In this document: positions 57,974 through 64,000 of the stretch, piece after piece
How positions within the stretch are numbered: position 1 is the stretch's first letter
Layout of the letters: every line of letters begins with the position of its first letter
The notes under the pieces: generated by a model
Databases searched by the model: none
What the model was told of the DNA's origin: nothing
The model's input: only the letters and a program-made list of their open reading frames with translations
Program-made: the position numbers and the translations under genes
IMG/VR virus record: IMGVR_UViG_3300025732_000030
Location: 1-64,000 of that record
Length of the DNA: 64,000 nucleotides
Direction: 5' to 3' (one strand)
DNA from: a virus

Positions 57974-59170
57974 TTAGAAAAAGTCTGATGAATCATCATC
58001 ATCATCTTCTTCAATATCAAATATTAGGTCATCTAAGTTAGCATCTTCTGATGCATCTTTTTCATCTGACTTAATTAACTCTAATTCAACAGCATCTCTT
58101 TCTTCAGGAGATACTTCTAGACTCATGTGAGATGCATTTTCACCTGTATACTCTTGATTCTCATCAGCCTCATATCCTGGGAAACTTTCTTCTGTCTCTG
58201 ATCCTTCTAATGGAAGATCCATCCAATCATTAAGATCTTCTTCTTCATCTTCAGGATCTACACTATCTACAACAGGAGCTTCAAAAGTATTTCCAATCGG
58301 ATCAGTATAAGTAACAACTATATCTGACTGAGCTTCTTCTGCTTCTGCAATAGCAATTAGATCTAGTAAATTTGTTTGATTAGGATCAATTACATCTTCC
58401 TCAGCTTCAACAACTACAGGAATAGGCGTAATTACCTGTGCAGGTGCAGTGCACTGTTGAAAGTTATTAACAGTTGATATAAAATAATGCAAGACACGTT
58501 GATCTTCCATCCAAGTTTTAGGATGTGAATGCTGTAAAGCAATTGTAACATAATTATAAAATGCCCACAAACTATTACTGTCGTCATATACATGACTTGG
58601 TCTGTCCATTTGTTGTCTTATAATACTAGCTTGCTCTGTAGTAAGAATCTGATACTCAGCAAACAAGATACCCAATAACTGAGCTTGTTTTCTCTTGTTT
58701 AATGTGATATCTTTCATAGAGTCTTTGTCTGCACAAAGTTGGTTATAATACATGTTAGCATTAGCTATTTGATCTTGTATGGTTTTAATTGTCTCTTCAT
58801 CTGCAGTTCCAGTATGTTTACGAGCCCAACTTCCCATGTCTCCACATACCATAGATGTTCCTGTCAGATTAATATAGGCACCCACACCACACTTAAATCT
58901 TACTTGTTTGTTATAACTGTTTGTCCATGCAAACATCATAGATAGCTCAGGGTCATTATTAAAATTTAATTTATAAATTCCGTGAGCAATTTGTCCATCA
59001 GCAGTACATCTGTACTCTTCACTGACAACACCAAAACCTGCAGCAGCAAGCTCAGTATATACATAATCAATTACTGATTGGTGACTAATTACAGTGTAAG
59101 TAGCACCATGATTTGGTAAATCCACACTAACTAAGTGTGCTTTTGTACATTCGGCAATTTTCTTTGGCAT
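57974..59170 (-). CDS. DUF932-like protein with acidic C-terminal tail
   Basis: TYTVISH...AWTNSYNK...GAY...MVCG...RKHTG and SLWAFYNYVT motifs; the likely start is MPKK at 59170, just after the polB stop. Confidence 0.65.
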   Translation of the reverse strand: MPKKIAECTKAHLVSVDLPNHGATYTVISHQSVIDYVYTELAAAGFGVVSEEYRCTADGQIAHGIYKLNFNNDPELSMMFAWTNSYNKQVRFKCGVGAYINLTGTSMVCGDMGSWARKHTGTADEETIKTIQDQIANANMYYNQLCADKDSMKDITLNKRKQAQLLGILFAEYQILTTEQASIIRQQMDRPSHVYDDSNSLWAFYNYVTIALQHSHPKTWMEDQRVLHYFISTVNNFQQCTAPAQVITPIPVVVEAEEDVIDPNQTNLLDLIAIAEAEEAQSDIVVTYTDPIGNTFEAPVVDSVDPEDEEEDLNDWMDLPLEGSETEESFPGYEADENQEYTGENASHMSLEVSPEERDAVELELIKSDEKDASEDANLDDLIFDIEEDDDDDSSDFF

Positions 59171-59171
59171 T

Positions 59172-61070
59172 TTAAAATAATTTATATTGTGTAACAATAG
59201 GCTCAAGATCTCTTATTTCTTTATTGATCTTGTCCAAATAATAATCATAATTAATATCATATTCAGTAAATGGCTTTTCTTTATAGTTAATTAATAAAGT
59301 TTGTAACCATCTACCTGCTTCTATTTGTATTTCCCGGTTATCAGTATTATTTTTCTTAATAACCTTTGTACCTGTATTAGATATAAAATACCTGATAGTA
59401 TGCTGTAGTTTTTCAATTAAATATTCCCCGTCAACAATTTTATGTTGATAAAAGTTCCAGTCTCCTTTGATTTTTACACCACCACAGAAGTCAAATATAT
59501 CTGTGTTAGATTTAATATAATCCTCGGGTTTAATTCCATCTACAAAATATGCATGGATAGCTTTAGGAACAACTAAGAAACTTTTGTTTTTATGCATTGC
59601 TAGATTAGCAAACTCAAACCTACCCTTGCATTTAGACTTACCTTCTTCTGTTATAGCAATGTAATTATTTACATCACCTAAAATAACCTTGGAATATTTA
59701 TCATGTTCTAGTTGTAGATTAGTAATCTTCTCCCATCTTTTACAAATCTCCATATACTTATCTACATACTGTCTAGGGATCATAGTCTCTAAACCATCTG
59801 TGTTTTGCATAAGTGGCAAAGCATTTGGTATTTCCTCACAGATCATCTCATACAACATAGTAAGACTAAGTTGACCATTGATGGTAATTCTCATAGTAAA
59901 CTCTGGGTCATACAAGAAACTATTCTCATCATTGCTGAGCCCATAAGTTGAATTTAGTATAATCTTATATACATAGTTCTTAGGATCTTTCTTCGGGATC
60001 TTTTTTCTTTCTTCAAAGAACCATTCATACAGATTACAAAACTCTTGTTCAGGCAAATGTGCCGGGGCCCATTTATTTCTAATAGCAAGATTAGGATAGA
60101 AACTAGTAACGTCAGACGTCATTATTATCATATCTTCATTAGATGAATATACTTTAGTAGCTCTAGCTCCATGAATACCACCAAGACCATAATCTGTTTT
60201 GACACCTTTATACTGTACAGAATATTTAAAACCACCTTTTGTTTCTCCTGGATATAATACTACATCCTGAAACTTTTTCAGAAGATTCTGAAAGGTAGCT
60301 GTTTTAAACTCTATATAAGGTAGTATAATGTCTTTAACAGTTATTTTAGTTCTGATAGTTCTCATTTTCCGCAACTCAAACTTTCTTATCCCCGTCTGTT
60401 TTGTTAAAAAATGTAAAAATAATTCTTTAGATATTCTTGGTTCAGATGCAGAATATAAATCTATCCCATATTCATCTGTCAATTGTCTACGCAAGTCTAT
60501 CTGATCTTTACAGAGATGCATTATTTTCTTAGTAGATTTAACATCATTAATACAATATCTGATTATCTCAGGTATTTGTTCTGCTGTAACTTCAGTAGTG
60601 TGATGAATAGGCATGTCAATAATGTTATGCCAGTCCATAGTAAACTGAATCCACTTTAAACTTGATCTCTTAGCATTGTTGTCCCAATGGTTTAGTTTAA
60701 AAACATCTAGTTGTCTGATGCTTAAATCTCTAGGAGAATACTCCTGAAACTCTCCATTGTTACTTCTGTTAATTACATCTTGAGCTTTATTATATAAAAA
60801 TCTAGCAATAGTATTGCCAGACTGTTCTAATAACTGCTCTTTATTTCTTAAAATGTGCTCGGTGATTTGGCTATCAAAGCCAAGACCATTGAAACTTACA
60901 TGCCACTCATCATAAGCAATGTTTCTTTCTAGAAATGTAACCAGTTCTAGAATATCATTTTTACTTTCATGAATAGTAAAGATTTCTTGGTCTTCAGATT
61001 TTACTCCTTCAAAGCATGCAATAAAGCAGTTGCTTAAGGTTTCAAAATCCATTACATAGTGTTGTCTCAT
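59172..61070 (-). CDS. polB: DNA polymerase family B (crAss-like)
   Basis: ExoI DFET, ExoII FNGLGFD, ExoIII YCINDV; polymerase motifs SDVTSFYPN, KIILNSTYG, NTDG. Confidence 0.93.
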   Translation of the reverse strand: MRQHYVMDFETLSNCFIACFEGVKSEDQEIFTIHESKNDILELVTFLERNIAYDEWHVSFNGLGFDSQITEHILRNKEQLLEQSGNTIARFLYNKAQDVINRSNNGEFQEYSPRDLSIRQLDVFKLNHWDNNAKRSSLKWIQFTMDWHNIIDMPIHHTTEVTAEQIPEIIRYCINDVKSTKKIMHLCKDQIDLRRQLTDEYGIDLYSASEPRISKELFLHFLTKQTGIRKFELRKMRTIRTKITVKDIILPYIEFKTATFQNLLKKFQDVVLYPGETKGGFKYSVQYKGVKTDYGLGGIHGARATKVYSSNEDMIIMTSDVTSFYPNLAIRNKWAPAHLPEQEFCNLYEWFFEERKKIPKKDPKNYVYKIILNSTYGLSNDENSFLYDPEFTMRITINGQLSLTMLYEMICEEIPNALPLMQNTDGLETMIPRQYVDKYMEICKRWEKITNLQLEHDKYSKVILGDVNNYIAITEEGKSKCKGRFEFANLAMHKNKSFLVVPKAIHAYFVDGIKPEDYIKSNTDIFDFCGGVKIKGDWNFYQHKIVDGEYLIEKLQHTIRYFISNTGTKVIKKNNTDNREIQIEAGRWLQTLLINYKEKPFTEYDINYDYYLDKINKEIRDLEPIVTQYKLF

Positions 61071-61104
61071 AATAAATTCAGTTAAGCTGTTTCCCCGTAT
61101 AATA

Positions 61105-61137
61105 TCACATGGGGCAACCTAAGCCACCCCATAGTGA
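61105..61137 (-). promoter_or_regulatory. Intergenic hairpin upstream of polB
   Basis: On - strand: TCACTATGGGGTGGC-TTAG-GTTGCCCCATGTGA; no U-tract; same loop as the 57914-57938 hairpin. Confidence 0.55.
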
Positions 61138-61143
61138 CCTAAA

Positions 61144-61506
61144 TTACTTTTGTTTTTCAGAGTCAGTCATAAAAGACTTGTAGTCAAACTTCTTGGCGTT
61201 AATAGCAAAGTGCTCTACTATCTCTGTGATAGCTGTTACATCTTCAATATAAAACTCTTGGAAGACTTCAATCTTATGTCTGTCTTGTTTGGTGCCTTTA
61301 GCTCCCGTGATTACTTGCCCATACTCATCTAACTTAGGAAGCATATGTAAAGTATGCTTAGTAGTTTTAGAGATAATAACAAATACTTTTGTCCCGGGAT
61401 CAAAAATACACTCTACATAAGGGCATGATTCTGTAATAGGAATCATTCTAAAGGTTTGGCTTTCTTGCCAGCTAGATTGAACTAGCATCATTGATTTTTC
61501 ACTCAT
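61144..61506 (-). CDS. Hypothetical protein
   Basis: 120-aa ORF with an A-rich leader. Confidence 0.7.
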   Translation of the reverse strand: MSEKSMMLVQSSWQESQTFRMIPITESCPYVECIFDPGTKVFVIISKTTKHTLHMLPKLDEYGQVITGAKGTKQDRHKIEVFQEFYIEDVTAITEIVEHFAINAKKFDYKSFMTDSEKQK

Positions 61507-61535
61507 TGTTGGTTTTTTTATAAATTTAATACAAA

Positions 61536-62102
61536 TTAATCTAGAATTCTTATATTTTCCAAATCTGCAACCTGAATTAATAAATTTTCTTTATCAAAAT
61601 CTGGTTTATCACACAATTCCACTACATCTTTTAGCAAATCTGGTTTTACACCTAACAGCTCTGCATATCTTTCATACCATTTATTTGGATATAAAAAGCT
61701 ATGCACATAGACATAGTTCCCACTATTTTTCTCAAAGAAATCTAGGATTTTGATTTTAATTTTATTGTCAAATTTACTGAATCTTCCTTCAAAAAACATT
61801 TGCCAATTTTCTTGGTGATCTGAAAAATCAAATATAAATACACTGGTGGTTTCATTTACTTTTACGTAATCATATAATCTTGTATGTTTTAATAAAACAT
61901 TAGTCTCAAAAGTTGTATACTCTGAGTCTGTTCTTGTTTTATATACACACACTAATTTCATATCCTCGGGAGAATATTTTTCATTCCAACTAACATAAGT
62001 TTCATCTGGAATAACACTTGTCCCCCTTTTAATGCCCAAGAGCGGATATAAGAATATCTTGGACTTTTGAAAATATTTACCGTACAGTGTATTAATTACC
62101 AT
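61536..62102 (-). CDS. Hypothetical protein
   Basis: 188-aa ORF, packed in the operon. Confidence 0.7.
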   Translation of the reverse strand: MVINTLYGKYFQKSKIFLYPLLGIKRGTSVIPDETYVSWNEKYSPEDMKLVCVYKTRTDSEYTTFETNVLLKHTRLYDYVKVNETTSVFIFDFSDHQENWQMFFEGRFSKFDNKIKIKILDFFEKNSGNYVYVHSFLYPNKWYERYAELLGVKPDLLKDVVELCDKPDFDKENLLIQVADLENIRILD

Positions 62103-62106
62103 AAAT

Positions 62107-63123
62107 CTACAATTTTACATTACCAAACACTAAATCATATGGCAGTGTAAAGTCTTTGTTTTCATAATGATATTTAACCATATCACCTACATCATCAAAG
62201 TCTTGTTGCCATATGGCCATTGTCTCTCTTGAGACTTGAAAAGGATAAGCTTGGTTGTATTTGTCTATTACAATAAATGTAAAGTACAACGTCCACTCAG
62301 CCAAATCTGGTAAATCTTTTAGAAATTTATGAAAAACAAGTTTCTCATATACTACTGCCTGAATCCAATATTTATAATACTGCACTGATTCAGGAAACTC
62401 TAAAAGAGATTTACCTGTAGTCTTAAGGTCATTGATAAATATTGTTTTAGATTCTCTATCTATAACAAGATTATCTATTACTCCCTTAAAACCATATGGT
62501 AGATAATCCACGTCAACCTTCACTGGCAACTCACTATACACCTCTATGTGGTCATCTGTTTCAGCCCTATCAAATTGTAGTAATTGTCTTATGTCTTTAT
62601 TAGACTTAAGAACCTCAACACTTACTTTACAGCCATCTAAAGTAGGTTGATCTACTACCGTTTTATCACGGGCTTCTTTAAGAAAATTAAAGTATTGTTT
62701 GTTTTCCTCTGTAAGTATCTTATCAAGTCTCTGTTGATCTGTCTTAAGTGTTTGGTAGAGATTAGCTGTGAGTAGCTCTATAAGTATATCTGCTGAGTAG
62801 TCTTCCAAAGATAGAGAATTATTTTCAATTGACAAGTGTGTCCTGAAAATATTATCAATTATTTTTTTCTGACTATCAGTTGGTAGTTTTCCCGGCATGC
62901 TTGTAAAATAATCATCATACTTATCCTCTTCAAACAAGAGACAGTGTATGACCCTACCTGCTACCAGGTGAGGGCCAACACTATCTTCTCTTCTGTTGAG
63001 CACATAATGATTATAGAAAGCTACGGGAGAATAAAGAAGTTTACTTATACTAGAATAGCTAAAGTAAAACTTTTCTTTATAGAATTTTTCTAGTTCTTCA
63101 GAACCATTCAAAGTCATCTCCAT
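62107..63123 (-). CDS. PD-(D/E)xK exonuclease (RecE/DUF3799/Cas4-like)
   Basis: FSYSSIS, GRVIHCLL, E-LP...FKGVIDNL...INDLKTT, YWIQAVVY. Confidence 0.8.
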   Translation of the reverse strand: MEMTLNGSEELEKFYKEKFYFSYSSISKLLYSPVAFYNHYVLNRREDSVGPHLVAGRVIHCLLFEEDKYDDYFTSMPGKLPTDSQKKIIDNIFRTHLSIENNSLSLEDYSADILIELLTANLYQTLKTDQQRLDKILTEENKQYFNFLKEARDKTVVDQPTLDGCKVSVEVLKSNKDIRQLLQFDRAETDDHIEVYSELPVKVDVDYLPYGFKGVIDNLVIDRESKTIFINDLKTTGKSLLEFPESVQYYKYWIQAVVYEKLVFHKFLKDLPDLAEWTLYFTFIVIDKYNQAYPFQVSRETMAIWQQDFDDVGDMVKYHYENKDFTLPYDLVFGNVKL

Positions 63124-64000
63124 TTGTTTTCTCTATTTGATTGTTATTTGATTCTTCTTCAGGGCTCCCTTGTTCTGCACTTAACTCTTCTTCTAATGCT
63201 ATTAACTCTGACTTAAGTTCAGCTCTTTGAATATTAGTTATTGCAGCTTCTATGAGTTCATCAGTAACTGTATCATCTATTGTAGCTGTGACCTCAAGAG
63301 TGCTGTCTTCTTCTGGATTAATTAAATTTAGAGAAGTTATATTAAGCTTATCAAGATATTCTGGGTTAATAGTAACTTCTTTAATTTGAAAAACATCATT
63401 ATACACAATATTTCTATGAATATCATCACTATATTCTTGGTATAATCTTTTGATCATATCTAGTGTAAGTAATCCTTTTTCCTCAATCTGTTTTATAATA
63501 TTATCAGAATTTCTACGTCCAAGATCTCTTGGTGCCCATCCAAAATAACTAAGCAGAGACTTAAAGTTTACATGGTTTCTAGTATGAGAATTAGATATTA
63601 TATTACTATAATCACTTAATAACATCTGCAAATAGAGTATGCTATTGTCATAATGAGAATTAGCCATAATTTCCATAGCAAGTACATGATTATCACGATC
63701 AGTACTTTCAAACATATTTTTCAGTTGTTCATATACTATATCATCTATTACAGTAGAATCTTCACCATTTATTTTAGTAAGTAATTCTGACTCATGATAA
63801 ATAGGTTTACTTTGCATAGCATTATAAACATCCTGATACTCTGGTTCAATGCCATATATATATGAACTAGTGTAATCAATAGCAGTATCATTAGAAAGAA
63901 TGTTTCTCATGTCTTGCCAATCTGAACAAATTGTTGTAGCACCTGAACCAGTAATAGCTGTTTCTAGTCTTTCAATATAAAATTCATCAGTGCAAATATT
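63098..64000 (-). CDS. Hypothetical protein (5' end beyond the window)
   Basis: Frame stays open from 63910 to the window edge (NICTDEFYIERLETAITGSGATTICSDWQDM...). Confidence 0.7.
   Translation of the reverse strand, partial: NICTDEFYIERLETAITGSGATTICSDWQDMRNILSNDTAIDYTSSYIYGIEPEYQDVYNAMQSKPIYHESELLTKINGEDSTVIDDIVYEQLKNMFESTDRDNHVLAMEIMANSHYDNSILYLQMLLSDYSNIISNSHTRNHVNFKSLLSYFGWAPRDLGRRNSDNIIKQIEEKGLLTLDMIKRLYQEYSDDIHRNIVYNDVFQIKEVTINPEYLDKLNITSLNLINPEEDSTLEVTATIDDTVTDELIEAAITNIQRAELKSELIALEEELSAEQGSPEEESNNNQIEKTNGDDFEWF

Noticed and set aside
59171-59206. ORF-track start at 59206 for the DUF932-like gene
   Set aside because: It overlaps the polB 3' end; ATG at 59170, immediately after the polB stop, is more plausible.
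38847-61070. Inteins or group I introns in vRNAP or polB
   Set aside because: Reading frames are uninterrupted, there are no internal Cys or HN-[CST] junctions in the vRNAP, no LAGLIDADG/HNH motifs were seen, and polB motif spacing is compact.
58739-61332. Plus-strand short ORFs within the replication block
   Set aside because: Antisense shadows of the DUF932-like gene, polB and the 120-aa gene.
1-64000. Stop-codon reassignment (TAG=Gln or TGA=Trp), known in some crAss-like phages
   Set aside because: Genes up to 12.6 kb are open in code 11, coding density is near complete, and TAG (1639) and TGA (10751, 11453) act as stops directly before the next gene or terminator.
1-64000. tRNA or rRNA genes
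   Set aside because: Intergenic gaps are short and show no cloverleaf or T-loop signatures.

Overview
AT-rich 64-kb piece of a crAss-like (Crassvirales-type, phi14:2-like) Bacteroidota phage genome, read in the standard genetic code. The + strand (1-57676) is the late virion module. It runs from the end of the major capsid gene through an array of nine small K/R-rich ORFs, a ring/adaptor protein, a ferritin/Dps-like protein, a block of very Cys-rich structural and fibre proteins, an IHF/HU-like protein, further ring proteins and the muzzle (tail stabilisation) protein. It ends with eight putative cargo (ejected) proteins, including a 4207-aa virion RNA polymerase with a DFDVD motif. The - strand (57692-64000) converges on it and carries replication genes: DUF932-like, family B DNA polymerase and a PD-(D/E)xK exonuclease. 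Main observations: (1) the three giant cargo proteins (8415 aa together) contain only four Cys, all at adjoining termini, suggesting a head-to-tail disulfide-linked protein chain; (2) a recurrent [AMYF]-x-x-G-G motif is shared by small basic proteins and disordered cargo proteins; (3) ADP-ribosyltransferase-like and NADAR-like modules are inserted in the cargo proteins; (4) the basic-peptide array has TCATG junctions and ORFs missed by the ORF track. All family assignments come from motif and synteny recognition by eye; no searches were run.
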